Notes under the pieces: model-generated
What the model was told of the DNA's origin: nothing
What the model saw: only the letters and a program-made list of their open reading frames with translations
Databases searched by the model: none
Assembly (NCBI RefSeq): GCF_018350175.1
Contig: NC_058368.1
Coordinates: forward strand, 113,586,001-113,650,000
DNA length: 64,000 nt
Source: Felis catus
Taxonomy: Eukaryota
Direction of reading: 5' to 3'
Part shown: positions 49,468 to 61,098 of the stretch, piece by piece
How positions within the stretch are numbered: the first letter of the stretch is position 1
How the letters are laid out: every line of letters starts with the position of its first letter
Made by a program: the position numbers and the translations under genes

Positions 49468-52279
49468 CTTCTGAGGATACACAAGTGAGTAAAACTCAGC
49501 ATCCACATGATGACGGACAAAAGGGACAAGCTGAGAACAGAACCCAGTTCTCTCGTTCCCATGTGAGGCTCAACTATGTCCTACCTCGTCCACCCAGGAC
49601 CAACTAAAATTACACTGAAAATCAAGCAGAAACGGACAGTTAAGCTAAAACTCTCCACCTATGGCAGAGAGGAAATATTTATAATATGAAGTCCGGTGAG
49701 CAACTAGGAAGAGTCAGTTCAAAAACACATTTGGCAAATACTTACTCAGTTCCTACTGTGTGCCAGGCTTCCGCTAGGCAGTAGGGATATAAGAGGGAAG
49801 AAAGCAGACCCATTCCCTCACAGGGCCCAAAACTGATGGATCAGAGTTCCACCCTTTGTTCAAAGTGTGGTGCTATACGCTAACTGAAAAGACCGCAAAC
49901 CACATAAACCAAAGGAATACAGAGAAAGCCACGAAACAGTGACATCGCTTTTAGAAGCTGAGCCAGGTTCTGACGGAGTTCCCTGATGTGATCTCTGTGG
50001 GTACAGGATGCAGAGGGACTTGTCGATGGATTCACAAGACACCGTGGAGCAAAAGCAAGGGCAGTCACCAAATTATATTCTTAAAAAACTACTATTTTAC
50101 CCGACAGGTAGCCAAATGTCCAGGGTTTTGAAGGTCTATGATAACTCAGACCATCTTGTGCCCTTGGAGGCCACACGGTGTCATGGCATTTAAGGCTCCC
50201 ACCTCAAGGGCTTCCCTCCAGGTCTGCTCAGTGGCGTGACAGCCACGCACCCCTTCCAGCTCTCTACGTGGACGTGGACCCAGTTTCCATCTCTGGTGGG
50301 GGCACTCACACGCCACACCGAATCTGAAGCTTTTTGGCTCCTCTGCCAGGGCTGCATTTTCTGCTCTGCAAAACCCTCCAACTGCTCAGCAACCTCTTCA
50401 AAACAGTCAAAATTAATTTTAGACAAACATTTAAGAGGAAAAGAGAATCTATCTGGAGGACTTGCCAATGTTCACAGCTGTGACAGTGACAAGAAAAGGG
50501 CTACAGAAGACAGAATTCGCCGCCGACCATTCACCTGTCATCACATACCATCCTCTGCACAAATTGGCATAATTTAGGTAGGCAAGAAAATAGGCCAACT
50601 ACAGCAAAATACCTAAGGCTCGTTCCAAAGACCAATCAAGATAGGATGTAAGAGAGACAAATAAGGCACATTGCCACACACTTCCTGAGAGATGGGTTTT
50701 ATCACAGGCTTAAAAACGATAATCCAAGGATATCAGCCCTCCTCAAAATAGTACAGAAGCACCTCCAACTCCTTGCATGCTCTACAGTCACCCGGCACTT
50801 AGGAGGGCCAAGAGCTTTCTAGAGCGCCAAGAACACTTTTCCCGGGTCCTGTCTTCCCCTCAGAAGCTTGTAACAAAGCTTCCGCTTTGTTAGGCACTGC
50901 CTGCCTGTGTGGGCCCCAAACGTTTCCATCCTGACGTCCTAACGCTGTTCTGACTCGTTTTAAGTTCTGACGGCACAGCAAATGACTGAACCACCTTTCA
51001 TCAGGGTTCGAGGTGTTGTTGCAGAGATGAGACACACACAGGAGGAACCCCTGGCTTTGTGGATTTCGCGGGCAGGGTCCAACACTGGAGCAATCCCAGA
51101 GCCGGGGGTGATGCTAAGAGGCACCATTTACGACGAACGCCATGCCAAGTGTGCCTGGAGCTCCACACGGCAGTGTCCCCGCTTCTCAGACCTGGAGCCA
51201 CAAAGCTGCAAGAAACAAGGCTCACGCTCGAATCCAGGTCTCTTAGATACCAAAAGCACTGATGAAGAATGGATTGGACACAAGTCCCTCAGGGCTACGG
51301 GGGAGAAGAAAAACTATACCATCTTGGTTGACAACATCATCCAAGGTTCTACAGAGCTTAGCTGTATGGTGCTAACTCTCCTTAAGGTTCAGACGGGGAC
51401 ACACAGGTTCCAGGCATGCCTGATGCGTTTCATGGGGGAAATCCTAAGCTATCGATGATACCAACAAATTCTGGGATGTGAGAACGTCAAGGGACCACTG
51501 CCTCGTCTTCCTTCACTCTGGGATCCTGCCCACCCAAAGCCAGGCACATAGGTCAGGGCCCATCTCCACATCCTCTCAACTCCATGCAGGATTTTACATT
51601 CTTCCTTGCTCTTGTATAAAACCCCACGTCTTTGTCCCATGTTCCCTATTACTTAGAGGAGAGCCTTTCTCCTGTCCTCTCTACAAGGGACTCGGCAACC
51701 CGGGGGTACTTAGGGATTTTCTATTTAATAAAAAGGGCAAAATACAAAACAATTTGGCAGACAGAAATCCCCTGTGGTCTGAAACAAGGTCACAGAGAAG
51801 TCAATGTGAGGAAATGATGCTTGCCTGGAAGCTGTATGTATCTATAAGCAAATAAAGGACATTTGTTCCCGTGACTGCTAACACAATGACCCCAGGGACC
51901 CAAATAGCCTCCCAGCCTAACCCATATATATTTTTAATGAAAAATTGCAAATTAGATTAGCTTAATTTGACCACATCTGCCTTTTTTAAACAAAGGAAAT
52001 TACCATTTTAATGGAAAGCCAGCTATTTGTCGAAAGGAAAAGGTGCTTGTGAGGTCTGCTTTGCCTGTTCTATTTCCATTTTTAAAAAGAAAAGAGAGAA
52101 AGGACTGTAGGGCAGAGAGCAGTTGGTCAGGCTTGAAAAACACACAGGAGTTGTGGTGAGCATGACAAAGGGGCTTAGAAGCACCAGGGAAACCCCGACC
52201 TGCAGAGATATTCTCGGCCCCCAGAAACAGCACGGACTCCTTGCATGTCAACACCGCCCACCTCAATTTCCTTCGGGAA

Positions 52280-52720
52280 AGTTGTGCTGAGCCCCTACTG
52301 CGCTCCAACCATGGTGTTGGATGCTGGGGATTCAGCAGACATCAAGGCACAGAGAACAGACGCAAGGAAGAAGTCAGAGGGCAACCATCTGAACCGAGGC
52401 CTGGAGTTAGAAAGGAGCAGATATGGGTACAGCGGGGGAGCAGGGCATCAAGCACTCCAGGCAAAAGGAACAGACAGGCTGGAAGTACAGGGGGTGGGGC
52501 TGGATGGGGCTAAAGAGCCAGCAGGAACCACAACACAAAGGACAACCAGCATGAAGGCCACCTTAAGGAGAACACGCTTTATGCCGAGGGCAAGAGAGAA
52601 CCTCAATGGTTTTCTATTCAAAAGATGCTCTGGCTGCTGTGTGGGAAGTGGGTAACTGTGAGAAGGTTGAAGCCAAGTCAAGATAACAGCAATCATGAAG
52701 CTGCCCTGGCTCGGAGTGGG
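52280..52720 (-). mobile_element. L2 LINE fragment
   Basis: GCTGAGCCCCTACTG...GGATGCTGGGGATTCAGCAG...AAAAGATGCTCTGGCTGCTGTGTGGGAAG. Confidence 0.7.
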
Positions 52721-53689
52721 GCTCACCCTTCCTCTCAGCCCTACCTAACCTCACACACACTCACTGTCTTCTCAGATGGCCTCCACCCGTCCCTCCCGCA
52801 CTGCTCCTCCTGGGCCAGTCCCCGATCCCCACCCCTTGCGTGCCCCTCCTGGTATGGGCTCCTGTCATTAGCCCTCCTCTCTCAGGCATTCCCCGTCATC
52901 CCCGACTGTCTCCTCTTGACCCCCCACCCTGTCATGCTCAGATAGCCCTTGTCCCCGCACCCACAGTGGCCCTGGCCTTGGCTGCCAGGCGCCCTAAGCA
53001 TAGGCTGAAAAGCTGACTCTCAGTCACTCTGTCCAGACAGCGGTGCGACTTGCCTTGTTTCTCCACAGCTTCCCCCCGAGCCACTCTGCCCGGCAGTGCC
53101 CCTGACCTCCACAACGCCAAACCCTGTACCTCTTCTGTTCTCCTCCTCCTGATGGCGTTTCCCACCCCTGACTGCAGACCATCCCTCCACGGTAAAACTC
53201 CCCTCCTATAGTGTAGACCCACAACTCAATTCACCCACCTTTCAGTTCACTCCTTTGCTGGCTCTCCTTTCTGTTCTCTTCCTAATTCCCAGATGAAAAC
53301 CAGCCTCAAAACTGTACTAAAAAGAAAAAAACAAAAAAGAAAAAAAAAGCAAAGAAAAACACCAAAACCCTACTGCCAGCACTCTCTGCTCTTCCTATTT
53401 TCCCTTCCTTGGGCAGATGCCACAGGTTTCACCCTTGACCACTGCTTCCATTTGCTGTCCACAGCAAATTTATAAAGCCCCCTGACTTTATATTAAGTCA
53501 GCAACTTTATAGCCCCAACCTCAACGCACAGAACGAATTGTAGTTGGCCTTCCTGCTTGTCGAGGACCACTCCCACAGCTAGAAAGCTCATTTCCAGAAA
53601 CCTACGTCTTTCCCTCTTTTCTTCCGTTAACTGTTACCAAGTCTCATCAAATGTCTGTCGGCAGGCTCCTCTCCTACTAAGAGTAAACC

Positions 53690-53935
53690 TGGAAGTAAGA
53701 CCGGAAGGTATAGCCTCTGGAGACAGACTGCACAGATTCACATCCCGGTACTGCCACGAAGTAGCCAGGGACCTTGGGTGCACCAGATACTTAGATATTG
53801 CACCCTGATTTCCCTGTCTGCAAAGGGGGACTGATATTCAGTAGCTGGTTCACAGGGAAGTTGTAAGGAGTACAGATAACACCACAAAGGGTTTGGCACA
53901 GTACCTGGTGGCACGCGTTAAGAATTTAATTAATG
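53690..53935 (+). mobile_element. MIR SINE
   Basis: GCCTCTGGAGACAGACTG...GGGACCTTGGG...GATTTCCCTGTCTGCAAAGGGGGA...TTGGCACAGTACCTGG. Confidence 0.7.
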
Positions 53936-53936
53936 T

Positions 53937-54161
53937 GGGGCGCCTGGGTGGCGCAGTCGGTTAAGCGTCCGACTTCAGCCAGGTCACGATCTCGCGGTCC
54001 GTGAGTTCGAGCCCCGCGTCGGGCTCTGGGCTGATGGCTCAGAGCCTGGAGCCTGTTTCCGATTCTGTGTCTCCCTCTCTCTCTGCCCCTCCCCCGTTCA
54101 TGCTCTGTCTCTCTCTGTCCCAAAATAAATAAATAAACGTTGAAAAAAAATGTTTAAAAAA
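53937..54161 (+). mobile_element. Young Can-SINE (SINEC_Fc-like) with intact Pol III A and B boxes
   Basis: A box TGGCGCAGTCGG 53949-53960; B box GTTCGAGCC 54005-54013; many CpGs retained; perfect 16-bp TSD AAGAATTTAATTAATG (53920-53935 / 54162-54177). Confidence 0.98.
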
Positions 54162-54179
54162 AAGAATTTAATTAATGAA

Positions 54180-54358
54180 GGGCAGCTGGGTGGCTGAGTC
54201 AGTTAAACATAACACTTCAACCCAGGCCATGATCTCCTGGTTCATGAGTTTAAGCCCCACATCGGGCTCTCTACTGTGAGCATGGAGCCTGCTTTAGATC
54301 CTCTGTCTCCTTCTCTCTCTGTCCCTCAAAAATAAAATAAGCATAAAAAAAAAAAAAA
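54180..54358 (+). mobile_element. Can-SINE (older)
   Basis: GGGCAGCTGGGTGGCTGAGTCAG head, CpG-depleted body, poly(A). Confidence 0.95.
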
Positions 54359-54365
54359 GAATTCA

Positions 54366-54573
54366 GGGGCGCCTGGTTGGCTCAGCCGGTTAAGTGTCCG
54401 ACTTAAGCTCAGGCCATGATATCATGGTTTGTGAGTTCGAGCCCCATGTCAAGCTCTGCGCTGACAGGCTCAACCTGGGGCCCGCTTTAGATTCTGTATC
54501 TCCCTCTCTCTCTGCCCCTCCCCTGCTCATGCTGTCTCAAAAATAAATAAAAACATTCAAAAATGTTTTAAAA
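54366..54573 (+). mobile_element. Can-SINE
   Basis: GGGGCGCCTGGTTGGCTCAGCCGG head; TSD AAAAAAGAATTCA (54353-54365 / 54570-54582). Confidence 0.96.
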
Positions 54574-54763
54574 AAGAATTCAATTACTGAAAGTCAAAAT
54601 GGTGAATTCAGTTGTCTCCGTCCAGCCCCTCCTTCTACCTCCAAGCCCATACTTGGATTACGCAATATACTGACTCGTCCTAGCCGAGGCCATCCTAGAC
54701 CAGCTGGCCGTCCGAAGACCCACAGACATGCCAGCAACACCAGCCACGAACGTGAATACTTAC

Positions 54764-54793
54764 TGTTGCGTGCCAATGAAGCTCTCTGGTTGT
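54764..54793 (-). other. Candidate 30-nt frame-preserving microexon
   Basis: ttatctgttccctgtcag|ACAACCAGAGAGCTTCATTGGCACGCAACA|gtaagt; no stop codon in any frame; flanking (T)GCATG motifs. Confidence 0.35.
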
Positions 54794-55544
54794 CTGACAG
54801 GGAACAGATAACTGACACGTGTGTTAACCAACATGGAGAAAAGCTTACGATATATTAAAGGGGGGAAATAACCGAAAGCAAACCAGTAACAGAGAGCATG
54901 GTACCAGCTAAGAGTGAGCGTGCATACATGCATGCCTGCATGCTTATGTTCGAAGAAAGAGACACAGTTGCAATTCTCTATCATCTTCTTCCAGCCTGAA
55001 GGATTATGTCCTTAAGGAACCGCATCTGCTTTGTTTACCATCACAGACTTACGTGCCTAACTCAAAGCCAGGAACATTTGTAGACACTGAATACATACTG
55101 TTAAAGGAATAAATGAGTGGCTTTCCGTGGATGTGCATGCATCCAAAGGTCTAGAGGTTTTACACCAAATGATCCAAAGTAATTATCTCCAGCTGCTTAG
55201 ATGATAAACGGTATGTGTTTTCAGTTTTTTTGTTTTTTTTATAAATAGAATTTTCTATTTTTTCCACAATTAACATGATGACTTATGTAATAAAGTAATA
55301 AGACTTAAAATAAATCCTCCAAGGTGAAGGCTCCAGGATTCAGGGCACAGGCTTCCCCTGTCCACAGAACCCTGAGTCATACCTTCCTTCTCTACACTGT
55401 CAGTGTGTGCTGTTAACCATTCTTACACTTCTGCTTTTTTACTGGCAGAGATCTTGTTTCCACGAGGAGATTGCTAAATTCTTAAAAATGAATACAGGAG
55501 CACAGCCAGTCCTCACGATACTTCTGAGAGGTAGAAAGTCCTGG

Positions 55545-56049
55545 GATCGAGAGGTACAAACCTCCAGGGGTCAGTCAGTCACAGGGAGATAACACACAGC
55601 ATGGTGACTCCCATCAGTAACGCTGTATCGCAAATGTGAAAGGTGCTCAGAAAGGAAACCTAGAGGCGCCTGGCCTGGGTGGCGCAGTCGTTAAGTGTCC
55701 AACTCTTGGTTTTGGCTCAGGTCGTGATCTCAAGATTCATGAATTCAAGGCCCACACCAGGGTCCGGTGCTGACAGTGTGGTGCCTGGTTCAGATTCTCT
55801 CTCTGCCCCTCCCCTGCTTGCTCACTCTCTCAAAATAATTAAATAGAACTTAAAAAAAAAATTTTTTTTAAAAAGGTAAATCTTAAAAGCTTCCAACCCA
55901 AGGAAAACTTTATTCTGACTTTGTATGAAGACAGATGGTAATCAGACCTATTAGGGTGACCATTTCATGGTGCAAATAAATGTCAAACCACCTAAAATTA
56001 ATGTAATGTTGCAGGTCACTATGTTTCAAAAAAAAAAAAAAAAAAAAAA
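55545..56049 (+). mobile_element. L1 3' end (L1MA/L1_Carn-like) with poly(A), interrupted by a Can-SINE
   Basis: GAGGTACAAACCTCCAG...ACAGCATGGTGACT...TAAATCTTAAAAG...GGTGACCATTTCA...CTAAAATTAATGTAATGTTG...poly(A). Confidence 0.82.
55663..55872 (+). mobile_element. Can-SINE
   Basis: GAGGCGCCTGGCCTGGGTGGCGCAGTCG head, GCTCAGGTCGTGATCTC, A-rich tail. Confidence 0.94.
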
Positions 56050-57810
56050 GCCTAGAGCCCTTAACCTTATTAGTTAAGAGAGGAAGAAACTAAGGCACAG
56101 TGCACTGTCCAAGATCATGAAAGGCTGATTTAGAACACATCACAAGGTGAGAATCAGACTCAAATCCTGACTCTTCCTCCAGTGCTGGTGCCAGTACCCC
56201 TCCCAGCCTTCACCAACAACAACACCCAAGGCTGAATGAACAGTCTTTCAGAGACTGAGTATGTATGTGTCTCACTCACCTTCACACCCCTCACCTGGCC
56301 CACTGCCTCCCTTTCAAAATGGGCTCAATAAGTGTCCACCGAACCAGAAGACAGAGCCCATGGGAAATGACAAGCTCAGCTCTCAAGGCCAGGTTTCCTT
56401 GTCTTCTCCTCCTCTAGAGAAGATTATTAAAAAGTTGAGTAAGCTTTAATATGGTCTCTAGAGCAGGGACAGACAGCTGGGCCCACTGAGTATGGAAGTA
56501 CTTAAACTGAGGCTCACAGATGAGCTTCAAGAGCTCTACCAACTTGGGGCATTATGCGAAAAATACTTTTTGGGTGTGTCCATGGTTTCCAGGGAGAGGG
56601 CAAAGCTTTTAACAGATATTCAAGTGGAGTCAAGAACCCAGCTAAGGTGAGGTCCTCCAGCAAGATGATACGCCTTCTTGCCCAATCGCAAATAGTGGTC
56701 AGTGGGCAAATCGTGAGCCAGAGCCCAGACCTCCTCATTTCCATCCTGAGTCTTCTCTTCCTTATAAGACTGTCCACCACAGGGCAGGGTGACATCAATG
56801 ACAAGGTCCCAAAATGCTGCATTTCTGCAGCTCAGAGAGATGGTCAGACAGTTTTATAGCTTTATTGAATTTTGTTTTCCGCAGACCACAATTTTTTGTA
56901 ATGGTAAAATATTTCTGACGTGACCGGGATTCATTTCTTTAATTCATAAGCAATCCATACAAATGTCAGGCATGCCAAAGTAATTTTCTTTGAAATGATT
57001 TATCAGCCAGATGAACACAAGTCATCCCATCTGATCTCTGGAATTAAAACCACATTTCTCTTCACGAGGGAATGAAAGCATAGTCATGACAAACAGGACG
57101 CATTTTCACTGGTCTGGGATGAGCAAGTCGCAGTCAGTGAGCCAAGTGGTCAACAGGAGGGCACTCTGGCTGGGCCTCCGCATCTCTCTGTGTCCCACCA
57201 ACACCCGCTCAATGTCTGGTGACTCCTTCCCAACTGACAGCATTTAATAACTCTGATAATCACCCATCTACAGCCAAATTGCAGGCAGCTGCCACACTGG
57301 TTGCACACAGTTGGGAAAAGGTGACTGCGCGGCTGGGATAAGGTGAGATGGTTGATGGAGCAGAAATAACATCCCTGCAATGCAGCCTGGGAGAGGCCCA
57401 AGCTTCACCCCTGCAAGGTCTCCGGGCTGCGTGCGCTCTTAAGAGGTGAGTAGGTAAGCCAAGGAGGCCAACCTAAAGCAAGCCGCTAGCCCGGGTGCCA
57501 TTGTAGCTTGCTTGCGCACTGGCCCCTGTAAAGCCTGAGTCAGAATGTCAAGCAACGGCTACTCCCTTTTGCACCGAGAAGAATCTAGGCCCCCGACACC
57601 AACACGAAGGTTGTGATTTCATGCTAGCAACAGCCCAAAAGAGCTCTGAAAATGTCTCCAACACACATTACGTTTCTTCGCAGTCCATAATCCTCCGCAG
57701 TTTCTAAGGTTTTGTCAAAGACTGCCTTGGATGAAACTTTTGGATTCCACTATCTGGACAGAGATGGAGCTTTCAAACCTCAGGAGCCAAATAAATACCA
57801 AACTGGACTT

Positions 57811-57912
57811 CAATTCAGCCTCCTCTATTCCTCAAATGGCACTCAGATAAAAATGTTCCCTGCAATTCAGCCCGTTCTGTTTCTCAAACTTCCTCAGATA
57901 AAAATGTTCCCT
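57811..57912. repeat. Diverged two-copy tandem duplication, period about 51 bp
   Basis: CAATTCAGCC...CTCAAA...CTCAGATAAAAATGTTCCCT occurs at 57811-57861 and 57863-57912. Confidence 0.85.
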
Positions 57913-58191
57913 CCAACAACCAGCCTCCAAAATGCCTCCACTATTTCTTGAGAAGGAACAGAGAAAACACTTCCAGCAGGCATGAAGGTATCTCAAACAA
58001 ATCCAATTAGAACAGTGTTTCTCAAACTGTGGTACATACCCCACTGGGGATTTGGGGGAGTACACAAAATGTTTTATTTAAGTCATTTAAGTTACATGTA
58101 TTAAACCTGTAGTTTCATATCTAGTATTATCTAAGATGAAATTAGAGGGAAAGAGAAATTAAAGAAAAAAACGTGTGTGGCAGTGGGGGCG

Positions 58192-58375
58192 GGGGGCAGT
58201 GCCTGGGTGACTCAGTCTTTTGAGAGTGGGACTCCTAATTTTGGCTGGGGTCATGATCCCAGAGTCATGGGATAGAGCCCCGCGTGGATCTCCATGCTGA
58301 GCACGGAGCCTACCTGAGATTCTCCCTCGGGCCCTCTCCCACACTCTCGCTCTAAAATAAAACTTTAAAAAAAAA
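58192..58375 (+). mobile_element. Can-SINE (older)
   Basis: GTGCCTGGGTGACTCAGTC head, GGTCATGATCCCAGAGTCATGGGAT, A tail. Confidence 0.92.
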
Positions 58376-60687
58376 GGGAAAAAAGTTTTTAATAAATTCA
58401 GGTGTTCAGCAATGTGGCCAAAACCAGGACAGTGGTACTCATGAGTCTGTGAGATGTGGGATTTGACACGAGTTTGAAGATCCACTTCCACCACTACCGG
58501 TGAGCATGCGCACAACTAGGCTGTCGTGGGGGAGGGGCTGATGGGTCAAGAGATGGACGGGGAAGGGCTGCTAACATTCTCTAGGCACCAATGCTGCTTC
58601 CAGAGCCTTTCGTGGCTCATGTCATTTTCATAATGATCCTGCAAGGCAGAGCCCAGTCTCCTTACTGCATAGCCAAGGGAGAGACTGAGAGAAGTTAAGT
58701 AGCCATCCATAATAACACACTTATTAATCCCATGCATGTGAAGTGGCTCATCTGACCTCAAAATGTGGCTGTGCAGATTCACTTCCACCCAAGAGAAGGC
58801 ATCTTCGTGGTAAGTTAGCTTCCCTCCACCCAGCAGGATGAGAAAATATAACATTAAGAATGTACTCTGCAAAGAACGTTAAACTTTTATACTTTGAAAT
58901 TTCAAAATACTTTCACAACCATCAACATCTACTTACCCTAAGTATTACTTTCATTTGACAGATGAAGAAGACAGACCTACAGATGTTAAACAAATTGCCC
59001 AAGGTCACCCAGTAAGTAAGCAATAGAGGCAGTATCAGAACTGATGTTTTCTTCAGACTCTTAATCCAGAAACTCAAAATCCTGCTCCATGCTCCTTCCA
59101 GGAGGCCAGGTCAAGAACCAGAACTTTCCCAAAGAACTCCTTCAGGGAGTGGGATGAAAGGAGCTCCATGGAAGTCTCGTGACCTCTAAAACTGCAGGGG
59201 CATCTCACTCATCTTAAGAGCTCTTTCTTCCATGAGTTGAGAAGAGCAATGCCCATCCCTTCTCCATATTTGAGGATGGTGCCCTCACATGGTGAGTGTG
59301 TTGATGCCAGTGGTGACAACCTGATGTCATCTCCTAGAGATCGACAGCTGGCTGCAGACGGAACCATAGTTACTATTTCTATCAACCAGAGTTTTCTCAG
59401 CCTTTTCTAACTGGATCATACACTACTTCAGGAAAGAGATCAAGCCTCTCTTTCTCTTCACCCCCAGCTCCCCTCCCTTCAAAGAGCCAGCCCTGAGGGA
59501 GGTTAGATTTACTCATTGTCCTCTCAATCATCACAAATGCCTCCTTCTTCTCCTTGTTAACAATGGATCAAACTGTGGGTTTTGCCTGCCTATCTACCAC
59601 TGAGTTGCAGTGACTGAGCTTGTGGACTTTGGAAAAAGACTTCCTAAGTTCGCATACTAGTTCTTGACCTTGAACAAATTACTTACCCTTTCTGAGATTC
59701 ACTTCCTCCTCCATCCAAGGGGAATGACATTAATACCTACTACTCAGGGTATGAAGGGCCAAACTGAGTTACTCTGCGTGCATCATTTCACTTGGATCTC
59801 TTTCACATTCTTCGAGACTCACCTCAGACATCACCTCTACCAGGAAGCCTTCCTGGACGCACCTACCCTCCTACCTACTGTGGCTAGTACTATACCCACC
59901 ACACAGAAAATGTTCAATAGGTATTAATCAAGTGAATCTTTAAGGAGAACTTCCCAAACAAAAGACAATTTGAGTCCAAAAGAAGGAAGATGAATTACTG
60001 GAATGGCAAAGGTAGGGTCAGTCTTCAGTAGCCCAGGGAGCCCGTGCATGACACCAGCAAGTCCCCTCCACCAGTTCACACTATATTGATAGCAGCCTCT
60101 ATCACCCACACATGGGGCTCTTCTGCAGGCGGACAAGACTTTCATTGAGGCCGGCAATCCCCAGGTACATGAATACCTCAGGGAGGCAGCCTTGTTAGCT
60201 GATGGGTTGGAACAAGGTGGCAGGATGACAATAACCTGGGCCTTTGAAATAATTGGTGCCCAGAGACTGTATTCAGTTGAAGATAAAGCGTCATGAGGCA
60301 GGTCCCCATCACCCTAGGACCCAGGCCAGAGAAACCTGAACTGTAATCTATCCCCAGTCCCCCCCGGAAAAGTAGAATTTAGCATGGCTGTGCCTGGCAT
60401 TAGGCAATGTATCTGGCCTTGGATCATTAACTTATACGGCTGATGAAAATACAGTAACAAATCTGAAATGTTTGCTTAATTTATCTCTCTGCCCCTAGCT
60501 GTTCTAGCAGTTTCTGTGCATAGGATATGCACAACACATTCTTCTCTCAGGAAAACAGAAACAAATCTTTGGAGAAATTATGAGAGTAAATAAAGCAGGA
60601 GCCACCAGGAAACCACAGCTAAACAAATACTCAACAAATCTAATTGATTTGCTAATTTGGGAAATTGGCACATTAACAGGGTTTTAC

Positions 60688-60769
60688 CGCAATTTTATGG
60701 ATAACATTTCCGTAACTTCTCCCCGGTTAAGTGATCGATAAAATCTACTACTAGAGCACCTGTTTATTC
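60688..60769 (-). other. Candidate 82-nt internal exon of a minus-strand host gene (possibly 5' UTR)
   Basis: Branch-like CTGAC, then AG-free tract ctctttctggcccctcgttcattttcag|GAA; donor GCG|gtaaaa; 4 CpGs in otherwise CpG-poor DNA. Confidence 0.5.
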
Positions 60770-61098
60770 CTGAAAATGAACGAGGGGCCAGAAAGAGGTC
60801 AGAAAGGATTCCAAGTGTACCCACCTGCCATAATCTGGAATCCACAGACAGGGCAGAGAAACCTAGCCAGTAAGGTATATCATGCACCAAGCCATGTGAC
60901 TTCCCAACAATCTGACACTGCAGGCAGCTGGGAGAACTGAAGAGGGCCAGAGGAACTGGATGGGGAAGGGCCATCACTCTCGGATGGGGAAGAGTGATTG
61001 TACCACTCACAGGATCCTGAAGGATGCACAATGGAAGGCAAGAACATGTATGTCACCTGAGAGACGTGCACTTACCATTTAAATTTTAGTAAGCTCTG

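Noticed and set aside
50982..51458. Longest ORF in the window (158 aa)
   Set aside because: No recognisable domain, no supporting splice or promoter signals, and it partly overlaps MIR-like sequence.
53471..53511. Small hairpin (TATAAAG/CTTTATA and CTGACTT/AAGTCAG) as a miRNA or structured RNA
   Set aside because: It has only two 7-bp stems separated by an internal loop, which is too short for a pre-miRNA and plausible by chance.
53937..54015. tRNA gene
   Set aside because: The A and B boxes belong to the tRNA-derived head of a Can-SINE, which continues into a CT tract, A-tail and TSD. The Arg/Glu-rich antisense ORF at 53926-54123 is likewise a SINE artefact.
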